Assembly (NCBI GenBank): GCA_003693705.1
Contig: RBZT01000546.1
Coordinates: forward strand, 124,001-188,000
Length of the DNA: 64,000 nucleotides
DNA from: Polymyxa betae A26-41
Lineage: Eukaryota > Protista > Endomyxa: Phytomyxea
Direction: 5' to 3'
The translations under genes were made by a program, and so were the position numbers. A model generated the notes under the pieces. The model was not told the origin of the DNA and searched no databases. It saw only the letters and a program-made list of their open reading frames with translations. This document shows positions 12,508-25,700 of the stretch, one piece after another; the first letter of the stretch is position 1; every line of letters begins with the position of its first letter.

Positions 12508-13370
12508 TTAGGTGCTGGATAGATTACCGGTTAGACCTTTAGCAGCGGCATCGTCCAGCAGGGCCTGCAGCTCGGCCTTGCTCAGAATATGATGCACGAC
12601 TTCGCCTTTCTCGTTCTTGGTTAACGTCCCGAACTCGAGCTTCTCGGCGGTCGGCGATGTCGTATCCATGGTCTTGTTCAGGACTTTAACGGCCAGAAGC
12701 AAGGCGTCGGCGACCGTCGTCTCGCCGTCCTTGTAGTCGGATTTCAGGATGGACATGGCGGCCTGGTTGTTGCCGCCGATCGCGGTCGCTTTCCAGCCGC
12801 CGTAGTTACCGCTCGGATCACTTTGATACAATTGAAAGCCGTAATGTTCGTCCCAACCGGCGAACAGGAACGAGACACCGAACGGGCGCTTTCCACCGAA
12901 CTGCGTGTAGTTCTGCTTGAGATCGCAGAGGATATGGAGAATGCGCTCGATAGGAATCGGGTCCTGGTAGGCGTACGAGTACTTCTGAGCAGTCTCTCGT
13001 GTGAAATTAATAAGGACATTAGCATCTGCTGTAATACCAGCAACAGCAACGCTGGAAACCGCTTTAAATCAAAACATTCCGAGACAAATCGAAAGAGCTT
13101 ACGCGACGTGGTCGTCAATTTTGTAAATTCGCTCCGACGATTTTCGAATATCTAACAGTTTCGATGTGATTCGTTTCTCGGCGGCCAGAACGACGCCATC
13201 CTTGGCCAGAATTCCAACAGCAGACCCACCCTGTGAGATTGCCTCGATGGCGTATTCTACCTGATACAGACGACCTTCGGGCGAGAAGATCGTCGTACGG
13301 CTATCATAACGGCGCGACTACATCTCATCAGAACCGAGGTTGACGCTCAAAGCACCGATTCGAGTACCAT
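12508..13370 (-). CDS. PSMA4: 20S proteasome subunit alpha-3
   Basis: M|[66 protein letters not shown]; first coding exon is the ATG alone (intron 13318-13367). Confidence 0.97.
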
Positions 13371-14449
13371 TACTCTGGCTCAAAATGAAATCGTCGACGA
13401 CGGGAACGAATCGATAGGGCAGTGACGATTAACGACCTCTGATGAATATAGTTAGATGAAGTGATAAAGAGAGAGACGTGTCTAAAGTCGGACCCCCTCA
13501 CTATCAAAGGCTCACACAAAATGCAAGAGAGCCGGGAGGTCGCGCACTACTTAAATTAACATCTGATTGGGGGGTTCTTCACAAGCAAACGCATCTCTTG
13601 CAATATCTATGACATTATCGACCTCATGAACATCTGTCAGATTGTGGCTCAGCAGCGACATTGAAAGATTTCGTGATGAAAGTGGTGAAAGAATCTTGAT
13701 AAATGCGACGTATTTGAAAGGACATGGTTGGGCTGCAGTACGAAATAAATCGATGTGAAATATTGGATTGGTTGGGATTGGCAAATTGAAAAAACGAGTT
13801 CAAAATTTGAAGATAATCTGATAAAAACGACAGAGATTATTATTTGTAGTTTGGTGTGTTGGCGGCCTTGCCATTGTTAGCGGCGTTCAGACGATGGAGA
13901 GTAAACAGGCTCCTTGATCGTCCAGCATCTGCTCATTAACGTACTGTGATCTATAGATCCACATCTACGTCACCATCAGGCGCTGGTAAAGAGCATCGAG
14001 AATTCGGTCGATCGGATTTGTGCGGCAGTTGATGGTATTGGTTTGAAATTATCGGCATGACATCTGAAACGAAACTGCAGCGATTAATAATGAGCTGAAT
14101 TCGGTACAGAAAGAGAACGAAGAGATCAGGCTTGCATCGGAAGTTTGGTCTGGTTACGTACACAAGCTGTCCATGTCGTTATGTAAAGAGAAACATCCCT
14201 GATCTCAATGGCCCATCTCTCTATGCACATTGTTTGTCTGCCGATTATGTATTGTAGTAATGGCGTCATTTGCATATAAAGAGTCTCCGTTTTCCACCGT
14301 TTCTATTGTCATTGAGAAACAAATTTTCCAAAAATCTCGCAAAACTTTAGAAAGTCCGTTTTATTTTTACGCAATCTTTTTTCCATTCAAATTTTGGACT
14401 TGAAACGTAACTGCCGTCACCAGTCTAGCTGCATTTCGATCACCTTCAG

Positions 14450-15559
14450 ATGTTTCGATTTAATTTCAATGTAACCGATGAGAGTGACATCAATAATAGC
14501 CAGGATGGTGGTCCTGATCCTGCTGGCAAATCTGAGTCGATATATTGCCCTGTGCAGTCAGTTCCCATCCAAGGCGACCCTGCCGATCATCATACCGAGT
14601 TGCGGTTTCTAAATGGATGGGTCTTTAAACAGTCGATAGTCGATTACCATCATCTACCCAAACGTCAGGCCGAGCTGGATTCGATTTTACCACGTTCCGA
14701 TCTGGTCCCGAATGTCTATGAAGGCGGCTTCAAGCTTTGGGAATGCTCAGTCGATCTGGGTACGTATAAGGAGTTCATAAGACTTGCCCATCTGATCATC
14801 CTCCAAAGTCCAATATTTAGTCGACGAAAGCGTCTCTGTAGCATCTCATGACGTTCTCGAACTCGTAATACGAACTGAAAACTATTCGTCATATCACATT
14901 TAGCAGTTTGCAGGGATGCGGTCATGGCTTACCAGGAATCTATGCAGCGTGCCATGGAGCTAGCTCTGTCTGCTTGCAGGTGAATAATGCTCTCTGGACA
15001 TCACCCATCACTACCCGTTGATTCGTTTGTGAAGGATTTGAACGTGGACGTGCTGGCCTCGGTCACATCATCAAACGTGATGCTCAACTGTCGGTCCTAC
15101 GACGCATTCCAGCTTTTAGCTGGAGATTGGCGCGATCCCAGTCTGTTTGACACCTTCGCCAGGGCCCAGTACGACCTGGTGTTCTCATGTGATACATTGT
15201 ATGGACGGACGCGGGTGTACTGCCCCATCGCTACACGACGCTGAAGCTTGCGTAGGTATTCGATTGAGAGCCAGCCTGCATTGGTGAAATTGATCGAAAG
15301 ATATTTGAGAGTGGGCGGTGTCGCTTATATCGCTGCCAAATCGTAAGGCGACGATTGCTATCAGGGCGTCGTCATAAGATCTAAATCTGATTCGGGCAGA
15401 TTTTATTTCGGTGTGGGTGGTTCGACATTATCGTTCTTGAACCTGATCCAACAATACGAGAATCTAGAGGCCACCGTCGTCAGGAATATCGCAGATGGGC
15501 AATCCAATGTTCGCGAAATTATTCGTATCAGCAAGATCTCGCAACAAATCATAAATTAG
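14450..15559 (+). CDS. METTL18: Histidine protein methyltransferase (Hpm1/METTL18-like)
   Basis: MFRFNF start, SDLVPNVYEGGFKLWECSVDL, VLEL|GCGHGLPGI, AAK.|FYFGVGG, NVREI. Confidence 0.9.
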
Positions 15560-15637
15560 TCGAAATCTATTTAGAAATGCAGCTGGGGCTCATCCAGATC
15601 GATAAGTTCATTTATTTTGCGACCTCACATTGTTCGA

Positions 15638-16937
15638 ATGCAGACGTCGACTCGTATCTCAGTGAAGGCGGCGTCGGAGGCCCGATTCGTCTCCGGCCAT
15701 GCTCGACGCCAGGAAGCGCTCGAGCGGCAGAAACGCGAGCGTCAGGCTCTGACCAGCGCCCATCGCCAGGCTTTGATGGAGGCGGCGGCCCCGGTCATCC
15801 CCAGCGAGCCGACGCCCGAGGCGCCGCACGAGATCATCGTCGAGATCCCCGAATGGATGGTCGACATTCCGAATGATCTATGCGAGAAATGGTCTGTATT
15901 AGCACGACCAGAAGGCCAACGATGTATTGGTAAAAGATTCAGGATGGAAAGATAACATTCATCGAAATTGTTTTGTAGTATTTTGTCAGTATGGAAGGAC
16001 ATCGCTTCGTTCGGTCGAAAACCGCTTCATTCGAGCTTGTAGAACTGCTCTACCGAATGGAAGCCCAAAGTCAGCTTGTCTTGATTTCCTCAGGCCTGGT
16101 TCTCATTTGTTTTGTTGTAAGTTCAGGGGCGTCGGCTCAGGCGACGGTTCTGGAAGGCATCCTGCAGGATCGGTTTCTCTTTATAATCGATGTGCTTTCA
16201 TGGAAAGGATATCAGCTGATCAACAGCTCCAGGGAGTTCAGGCAATACTGGCTACAGACCAAGGCCGCCGAACACGACCTCGCTCCAGTCTCCGGCGAGT
16301 ACGACCTGGCCGTCGTACCGTTGCTGGCAGCGAAATGCAGCCGAGAATCGATCTCGGCCGCGTATAGCGGATTCCATCCGTCATGCAATGCACAGAGCGA
16401 CGGAATGCACTTCTACCATAATGAGGCGTTGTATACAGCCGGATGTACCCCCCTGACATTGCTCTGGAAAGACGCACGATGCTCGCGATATTACATCGAA
16501 GGCAATCAAAACGAAAAGCAGCAGATCTGCTTGCGTTGTGATCCTTCCGGCGCTCTAGTTACCGAAGACGGGATTGTGCTGGGACGTCTCGAGCCGCGTT
16601 CGCTCGGACCCGACGCCAGCAAACTACAAAAGTACGTTTTGATCGTGTTAACCATCTCTTTTTTGACTGGATTAACAGGTTCAGCATCGATGGCGTCGAT
16701 TTGGGCTTTGACCATCCCAGTGTTATTGGTTTACAACGAATAGGGTCATGCCCAGCAACTAAGGTGAAGATACATCTCTGTGAACTGGCCCACATGCTCA
16801 ATCATTTCTGTTAGGTAATCGCGCATTCATGGAGTAAGATCCTCTTCCAATACGCAGCCAGGCAGGGGCGCAATTTCGTTGAAATTGATGCCCTCTTTGG
16901 CCGAATATCGTCGATAAACTCATTCCAAACCTGTTAA
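15638..16937 (+). CDS. SNUPN: Snurportin-1 (m3G-cap import adaptor)
   Basis: IBB-like RRQEALERQKRER, PEWMVDIPNDL...W...RPEGQRC, IIDVLSWKG...EFRQYW, DGMHFYHNEALY..G.TPL.LLWKD, SWSKILFQY. Confidence 0.9.
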
Positions 16938-17068
16938 ACATTCACTTTTTTAAATTTCTGTAATCCTTGTGAAATTAAGCAAATTCGGAAGTCGGTCGAG
17001 GTTGGATCTGATCGTATAAGCCGTATAGGTAGGTAGGAGGTACCCCTAAAATTGACCCAAACTGGAAA

Positions 17069-17851
17069 ATGGCTACTGGTGAGGAAGGCGGACCATCAGA
17101 TCCAAGACCATCGCGAGCCTGTAATCAGCCCGGATACGAATTCGTTGTAAGCTCAGTACTTTACCCATTGAGGTAGCATTTGTAAAATTGATCACAGCGT
17201 AATGTACCGGCATCTGGAAGACAAATCTTGGAACGAAGTCGAGAGTTCGTCGAAAAGAAACGCTTGAAAGAACGCGATTTCGGGTTTCAACGATTTAAAG
17301 GCGAGGCGATCGATTCCCCCTTTGATATCGATACGACCTCGTCGGGATATATGTCAGGTAGTCAGCCGAACTGATCAGCGGAATGGTCGCTTAACAAATT
17401 GACAGCCGCCGATAGATTTCATTGCGATACGGTTGGAGAGTTTAAAGGCCTGAGAGACGCCGCCCGAGCTCGGACCAATGCCATGTACCAAAGTAAACGC
17501 GAGAAGGCCCTGGAGATAGAACGACGCCTCCAGGAGCAGATCGAGTACGCATCGCCTCGTCCGGGCCAGTATTCTGGTCGCGTCCAAGTCAACAGAAACA
17601 GTGTGGCATACAATCCGGTCACATTAAGTTATAGTGATACTGATGATGGGCAAATATTAAAGCAGCAGCATGAACGAGTTCTGTACCGGGTCGCTCTGCG
17701 CTCAAAGGTTCATTAAGTATCGCACAGTTAAAAAAACAATTTGCTGACGAAGTTTTAGAACCTTCAAGAAAAATCGAATGGCGGGTTCAATCCGATTACA
17801 GGGGAACCAACGCAACTTGTTCAATTACCTCCTGCTCCAGATTTGGTGTAA
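17069..17851 (+). CDS. Hypothetical protein with repeated Y/F-NP-V/I-T motifs (possibly flagellar)
   Basis: Clean four-exon splice: MATGEE...PGYEFV|RNVPASGR...SAADRF...AYNPVTLSY...|NLQEKSNGGFNPITGEP...PPAPDLV*. Confidence 0.7.
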
Positions 17852-17861
17852 ATGATAACAT

Positions 17862-18757
17862 TTATTGGTACAGCCTGTGCTCTTTGATGTAGTTAATAAC
17901 GCCATTCGGAATGAGATACTTGATAGAACGCTTTTCTGAGATCAGCTGGCGTATTAAAGTCGAACTGATATTGTTGACAACCCGTTGCTGAATCCGGTGA
18001 ACGCTATCCCGATATTTGTTCAAAATGGGATGTTCATTTAGGACGGTTTCTACATCGAAACCTGCACGCTCCACTACCGCAATACCATGGTTTGAGAGGA
18101 TCCTCTCCACCTGAAAGTTAGATCAGAACCACGGAATAGATTCGAATTGCAGAACAACAAACCTGCTCTGGAGGCCACACGACCGTGTCATGGAAAGCAT
18201 ACAACAAATCAGAGCCACATAATAAGAGAACTTTCAATTGAAACCCTTCTGTTGCTAGAAGGTCGCGATGTGCCGTTAGAGCATCAAATGTACGAGACCA
18301 TGAAGGTTGTGCGCCTTCCCAACCGCTAACCTGAATCCAATCAGAATCTTGCACTGATCAGAACAAGTAGGTGAGTAACTCAAGACAGGAACTGAAAAAC
18401 TTTTTACCTGCCAGGCGACACATGTTATAACGATCAATGTATCTGGCCAGGCCGGCTTTAGCATAATTGTCATGAACTGGTGAAAGAAATCCTCCAGTTA
18501 CATGAGCCCCATTGGCCGCCAATGAATCTCTTGCATCCTCTGAGCATCAGTAAGGGCCTTCAAACAGAAACCAAAGCACCAACACCTACCAAATAAGCGG
18601 AGGTGAAACATCGTGACCGGCGAGAACGATCCACACGCTATCAGCGCATACGAAGGCAGCGAACTATGACCTCGACGTCACTCCTCAGCTCACAACTTTA
18701 AACTTGCTCCAACCTGATCGAAGCCGTACATCTGGACACATCCAGCCGAAATGTCAT
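17862..18757 (-). CDS. NMNAT: Nicotinamide/nicotinate mononucleotide adenylyltransferase
   Basis: ACGSFSPVTMFHLRLF, LSPVHDNY, WEGAQ, LLCGSDLL, NNISSTLIR, SIKYLIP..VINYI.EH.LY. Confidence 0.95.
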
Positions 18758-19077
18758 GAGACAAGACACACCAAGCTAGAATGAGATATCGATGATAAAA
18801 GTGGTAAGTAGAGGAGGCCGGTCCAATGTCGCTTCGGTCGATTACGTTACTGGCAATGAGCGTCACCCCATCTTAGTGTAGACTGTCTTAAGGGTTCTAT
18901 CAGTTGAAGCCAGAATATTCCACACATAATCAGTCTGTCAAGCTTCAAAACGAAATTCATCACAAGATTTTTTGTATTCTGCCTAAAACTGAAATGTAGA
19001 TTTTAAAATCGGACCAGCCAGTACCTTGATCCTTGCGGCCCCGATTCGGCTGCCGAGAGAGTTTCAGCAGGAGGTCC

Positions 19078-20183
19078 ATGCCGAAGGCACTATCTGCTGA
19101 GCTTCCAAACCATGACCTGTTCAGCACGTACTGTACGACATCGGCTTCTACCCACAAATACTCGAAACCGATTCGACCTGCCAATCACATTCCAACCGAG
19201 ACCGGTTTGCTATCTATTCGCGCTCCTGCTCACATTATTCAGCAAACAATTCTAGGCTTCACTAAGAACGTTGAACATCATCTGAACGATCCCAGGGCTG
19301 GTCAGCATAATTGGCACTCTACATACACCGATTCGCATAACGAATCCGGAATCAAGCAGAATCGGGAGGGCCACTGCGACCTGCATCCTAAAACTAACAT
19401 AGAATTATCATCGTTCTCGAAACAGAACTGTTCGAGTTTTCAGGTCAGCGATTGGATCCATCATCTGTAACGATACATTGTTGAAATTAACTTTAGACTG
19501 CGTCGTATGCAGGAGTTCAATCCGAGTCTAGGAGTGCCTATTCAGATGCGTCCATGCGTCAAAATTCTGGGACAATTGTCAAGACGGATGAGTTCAAGTG
19601 TAGTGAAAACGGGTATACGAGGAATTTCGTTATCGATCAGGATCGTCTAAAAGCCAGATTCACACGTACGCCTCATTCCGAATTCGAAGACCGATATCAG
19701 TCACCAGCGATTGATACGAATATTGATACATCAAGATGTCATGCTCTGAAGACCATCAGCAGCATGAGCGGATACAGCAAATCTTGTATCGCACCACAAC
19801 AAAGCAGATATGGAACGGATTTGAATACGATAATGAAATCATCGTATGGAAAGAAATCGGAGCACTGGACTGCCAGATTGCCTATCGAATGTGATAGCAA
19901 AAGCGCAGATATGAGCGGATATGTAAGCAACACGTCTAATCAGGGAAATCATCAGACGGAAGGCAATCGTCATTGTAAAGGCCTGGTTGGCAATCGATAC
20001 TTTAAAGAGGGAAATATCGAGCTATATGCGACGCCGAAACTTTCGACAGAGCCAGCACGACTTCACCCAGACATGTACCAGTACCATCTTACGCCAAGCC
20101 CTCAGGAAACGACCATTACGCAGCCACCGATAGCTACCAAAGCCGATTTAAGTCAGAAGCTAACGCATTGGAAAGCGTCATAA
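19078..20183 (+). CDS. Hypothetical low-complexity protein with repeated (S/N)GY..(N/S) motifs
   Basis: Two long ORFs (19033-19470, 19554-20183) bridged by an intron at about 19443-19496; motifs GFTKN, NGYTRN, SGYSKS, SGYVSN. Confidence 0.6.
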
Positions 20184-20319
20184 AACAGCTAAATTACAGC
20201 ATTATTATCAAGTGATTATCGGGTGAATATATGCGATAGCGCTAATAACTGATTAAGAGTCAGTTTCACGGACCTGCGCAATTACCGATTCAGCCCTGAA
20301 GCACATCCGATTCTATCCC

Positions 20320-20777
20320 ATGGCCGATCAGACCACCGCCAGTTCTGCTGTCGCCTCCAAGGCGACACCCGCTATCCCGACTAGGTTTAAATCATCATTC
20401 GTAGCGTTTTCTCACGTCACTGACCGTTTCGTCGATTTAGACTGTACACTCGGGGTGTGTTTGTGTCGTACAAAAGACGCCAGAGCACGATCCTACATAA
20501 AACCGCTCTGATCAAGATCGAGGGTGTCAACGACACAAAAGATGTCGACTTCTATCTCGGAAAGCGAGTAGCTTACATCTACAAGGCGCAGCGCCCACAG
20601 AAGAAGATGGCCACGAAAGGCATTGAAGGTGAAACCACCAAGTTCCGTGTCATCTGGGGCACCGTCCAGCGCCCTCATGGCAACAACGGCGTCGTCCGAT
20701 GCGGTTTCCGCAAGAACCTGCCCCCTCAGGCTCTTGGTTCTTACGTTCGTGTCTTCATGTACCCCAGCCGTGTCTAA
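20320..20777 (+). CDS. RPL35A: 60S ribosomal protein L35a (eL33)
   Basis: RLYTRGVFVSYKR, LIKIEGV...FYLGKRVAYIYKA, VIWG.V.RPHGNNGVVR..FRKNLPP...VFMYPSRV. Confidence 0.97.
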
Positions 20778-20865
20778 GCGCCTCCTTATTTTAATACACG
20801 TATGCATGAACTTCAAATCTTTCCAGAATTGCGAACTGATTGCTTTGAACATGCTTCTGGAGTTA

Positions 20866-22499
20866 CTATAGCTCATCTTTTGCTATATTATTGATTTCTG
20901 ATTGGGGCGATTCACTGATGTTATCCTTAGTTTGGTGACTGGTGTCTTCAGCCGAATGAATTTCGGCATTGTTCTCCGCTGGTGTGCTTCCACTCTTTGA
21001 TGATTCAATAGGATTGTTACTCACGTCGTCTTTGTTCTGACGGGTAGTGCATTTGATTGCATAGATAGCTAATTAATGTCACTGAACACGTTTGAATCCA
21101 ACAATACGTAACTTACCAGTATCTTTCTTGAAAAAATTCGGATTGGAGCACACGCTTGGTAATTCAATTTCGACTAAATACGAACAGGTCTTGGATTCTT
21201 TGATGCTGACAAATTTAGCGCTGTCGATATTCCTGTTGCAGAGAAATCGAATCTCGGTTTCCCTCTTTCTGCCAGTTAGGTCACAATCACTCCCATCCGT
21301 AAAGACCTATCGCCATCCCTTATGTGACAATAAAAGGGTCATCTTCTATGCTACCTGAGAGAAGTATGCTTGTGAATCACCCGAAACGACCAGGGACGTT
21401 TGATTGTTGACCGAATCTGAATCCGAAGCGTTTCCGCTAAAGCGGCCCAACATGAACGATGCCGTTGTGATCGTCTGAAACCGAATCGCCGAATTTCGAT
21501 CACCTTCAACGGGCTCAGCTTTGACACGTTCGGTGTGAAACTGCCGAACATATCCCAAATGACAAAATTCATATGACCACCAGCCTTTATTCTGAGAAGT
21601 ATTCAGCTAACCAAGAAGATTCACGAGCCGAAAGCTGTACCAGAAAAATGCATTTGGAATTCAATGAATAGAGCAACGTGAACGGATTTGAAGATGTATG
21701 CTCCTGCTTGCAGAGTGAGGGAGTACCCAGCCTCATCACATACTGCAAGCATCTCAGGGTAACCGGAAGCAGCTGAATATTAAGCGCTTACGTTCAGTGG
21801 AGATGGCTCACGAGCTTCTATGAACGAGATTGGAACGCTCTCGTCTTGCTTTGGACCGCAGGTGAAGACTGCTTTACAAGATCTTCCATCGGTTCCCTGT
21901 TTGAACTCTTGAACAAAACTGTGATCGTCGACCCAATAGCTTCTGTGGAACTTTCCAAGTGAGAACGACATTAATTCTCGGTCAGCATCGGTGTGGATTT
22001 GTCGGATTTGTTTAAAGGGACAAACTTCGAATGACCAGAATCCTAATCCACAATCAGAATGTCAGCATTAGATCGCGACCACCATTAAACCTTCCGATTT
22101 TCGAGCACATTTGCCTCGTAGCGCGATTTCGAAGTTTGTTTCCAGTTTGGATCGAATTTGCTCAGGATTCAGGTTATCCCATGCTGATGCCTTAGATTCT
22201 TGTTCAGCTTGTTCGTCAGATGATCGAAGATCGGGAATTGAGCAGATATACTTGGTTCCATTATGCAAATTTATGTCGTAGTCTATCACAAGAAGCTGGT
22301 TGTCAGTGCTTGGACGACTGTCATCAATCGATATTTCGAACTTCGGGATCGTAGTCCAATCCTCCAAATGACTTATCTAAAGGAGACTTATGAACACTGC
22401 AGGCAAACCGATGGCCACTGGCACCTGAATCTCAGCCCATGTGATCGGACACAAAGCCAAAACCACCAGCGTAAAGTAGCTGGCTGTGGCAACGAGCAT
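20866..22499 (-). CDS. ER lectin with two MRH domains (OS-9/XTP3-B/ERLEC1-like), signal peptide and KDEL
   Basis: Hydrophobic N-terminus. MRH1 FWSFEVCPFKQIRQIH...SLGKF...FTC...EARE; MRH2 WWSYEFCHLGYVRQFH...LGRF...CDLTGRKRETEIRFLC...ESKTCSY. Ends AAA GAT GAG CTA TAG = KDEL*. Confidence 0.88.
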
Positions 22500-22725
22500 A
22501 TCAGTCCACCGCCCAACACTTAGTTCTGCAATCGATTAAGAAAATGACAATGTAGGGCTGCAGCCTTATTAGTAACAAAACGTCTAGAATCACGACTTGA
22601 CTGAATGAATAGGCAGCCGTTACTAACTAGATTTTGTATCACAGAGATTAGGGTTGGCAGACGATAAATAACTCTGCAAAAAAAATTATTGGTGCTTAAT
22701 ATACAGATTGATTTCATGTTTATTT

Positions 22726-25700
22726 TTAGTATTTCTCGTCGTTTCTCAATTTGACTTTGCTACGTTCGACTTCTTCGACTAGAGACTGAATGATAGCATT
22801 CTGCGGACATATCCTGCCAATCTATGGGTTCACGATTACATAATTGCAAATAGAAGAAATCAATATCAAAACCTCAGCAACACAGAGCTCCAGTTGATCA
22901 CATCGCCGGCTAACCATATTTAGATCTTGCACCACTCCACTAATTTTTCTGTCACCTCTGGTCTACAACCACAGAATTCAGTCAAATAGTTACTCAGTAA
23001 TCAGGTTAACCTTATAATCAAGCATTGCTTGTTTGAGCCTCAGAATCTTGGACTCGTAACGCTCTTTCATCACCGCATAATCACTTTGATTGCTTCATGT
23101 TATCCGTCAGTGAATGAGATCCAGCACATCACTGCGACACTTACATGGACAGGCCTTCAACTTCTCCAGATTGACGAGACAACTTATCGATTTCCTGCAA
23201 TAGCTGCTCCTTGTGTTTCACCATTTCTCCTATCCTCTGCTTTAGTTTGTCGCGCTCGCCGCTGGTTTCTTCAACTTGCTTCTGTAGGAATCTATAAATA
23301 CGGGCAGTATTACAGCCAGGATTGCTCTTACGAGTAGTTTGTGGTTGGTAATCTCGCTGATCTTCAATTGCTGCTGATGCTTCAACTTTTGAGATTCCAT
23401 TGCTTCAATTTGTCCCTAAATATCATTGAGGAAATGTCGATTTTGCTGTTCTGATGTTTTACTTGTCGAGCGTTGTCCTTCAATTTCAGTTCATGTATTC
23501 TTGATTCTAGCTTCTCACGTCCATTCTGCAAAAAAGTCAGCACTTACAATTATATAGTAAAATCAAACTTTCAGTACTTGAAGACTGGCAATCTTGTCTG
23601 CTGCGATTTCACGATCTTTCTGACTTGTCCTGCGAAGGTCTTCGATTTCCGCAACGAGATCGGTATTGGTGCAACGAAGAGTTTCGATTTCTTCTTGAGC
23701 GAGTTTGGTCTAAAGCTAGATTAGGAGAATTTTACAGACGACAAAGAAAGGGAAACCGACTTTGGACTTCACAGCTTGCCTGAAATGTTCAGCTTCCATT
23801 AATGACTGCTCTAAAGCAAGCATGCTAGATTTGCTCTCAAGTATTTCGTTTTGAAGCAACTGTGTTGGATTGAGGAGAAAATGAGAATAAATCATTCGTC
23901 AAACCTTTATCTCGACATCACGCTGTCTGCAGATGTCCTGAGAAGTTTCAAGATCTCGTAAAAGAACCTGTTCCCAAATATCACGATTCGAATCCCAGAA
24001 CCAAAAAAAAACGCTAAATACCGTGTTGTGGTCTTCTAATTTCTGATTGAATTTCAGCAATTCTGTGTACTCTCTTTGTCGGACGTCCAGCTCGACGCTC
24101 AGTTCGGTTATTCGTGACTGCAGGAACACAATCTCGTTCTGACGATATGAGATTGATAAGCCATTTGATAACACATCCAAACCTGTTGAGACGGTCCGTT
24201 GCATGAGCTTTTAAGATCATCGATTTCTTTCAACAGCTTTGAAATTTGAGCCTGTCAACATTATCGATATATATTCAGCAAACGTCCAGTTTTCCATACT
24301 TCAGCGCTTCTGGTGAAGGCCTCCAGTTCGATTTCTCGCTGTCTGTTAACCTCTCGCTCTTGTTCGACAAGGTACTGTGATCACGATTACTACGAGTTGG
24401 AGCAGATTGAACTAGCTTACAGTAAGATTCTGATTTTCTTGCTGTAAACGTAATATCTCAGCTTGTTCGGATTCAACAATAGCCTCCAGCTGTTCCAAAG
24501 TTGTCAGTTCTGTCGCAAGCAATCAATCGAGTAATCATGGGTGGGGAGTTAATTGTGATGGTACCAGCATTTAACTGCTGCTCTAATCGATTATTTTGGT
24601 ATTGATTATCAGACGCACTTGACCTCAAGTTAATCTCAGATTTCAGAACGGCGTTGCCAACCAGATCCCAAACAAGCGACTATTAGAGTATCAGAAACAA
24701 TCCAAATCTATGAAAGTCCCCTACTTTACAATCCGATTGGACACTGCTTTTTGAGAGTAAATCGCATTTTGTCTGGAGGTCGTCGTTATTCGCTCTCAGC
24801 AAGGATATCTCGTCTCCCATCGAAGCTATTTGGAGCAGAAACTGATCACACTGCACAAGTTAACAGTTGAGAACCAGTTCAATCCAGAATCGTACATTTT
24901 CGTTCAGCGACTCTTCGTTTTGCTTCGACGCAGCCAAATGCAATTTCAGAGTTCTCAGCTCGTCATTCTGAGCCCGGAATCTCTCCCAGGCGTTCTTCAG
25001 ACACTCTTTCTTACTTTTCAATGCAGCACAAGCCATCGTGTTTAACTGCCTTTTGTTGAAAGGCATACAGGACCAACAGCAGATTGACTTACTTTGAGAG
25101 TTTCCAGTAGATTTTGTGCATATTCAGAAATAAGTGAACATAACGACTCCATTCTTCCACAACGTATGACGACTTTCTCGTAACGTTCCATATATTGATC
25201 GTGCTTGTAGGTCTCTTCAAATTCCGACAGATCTTTTTTATGCTTAGCATAAATTCTCTTCAAGTCATCCTGTTCGCATCATCATCTCGAAACAGACTTC
25301 AAAAAAGTATTTATTGTAAACTACCTGAGAGTTTCGATAAGCTAACTGGAGCTGTGCAAGCTGATTACGTAAACGTTGATCCTGTTCTTTCAAAACAGCA
25401 ATTTGCGACTGAGTATGAACAAACAGTGAGGATTGCTCCTAAAAGGAAATTTTAATTGAAAACATACATGCTGAGATCAATGCACAGACCTCAACTTCAT
25501 GCATTTTCCCTTCCAAATCGTGAATAAGGTTAGAAGCCAGATTCTCTTTCTGCCTGTAAGCGTTTTCCATTTCCTTCATTGTCAGCGTATGCTGAGAACG
25601 CTCCCTAGATTTTCAATCAGAATTATTGTTTTCATCTTGCATTACAGAATTAGAGAACAGTTCGATTTGCTGTAATAGTTCCTCAATCTGATTGGTTAGC

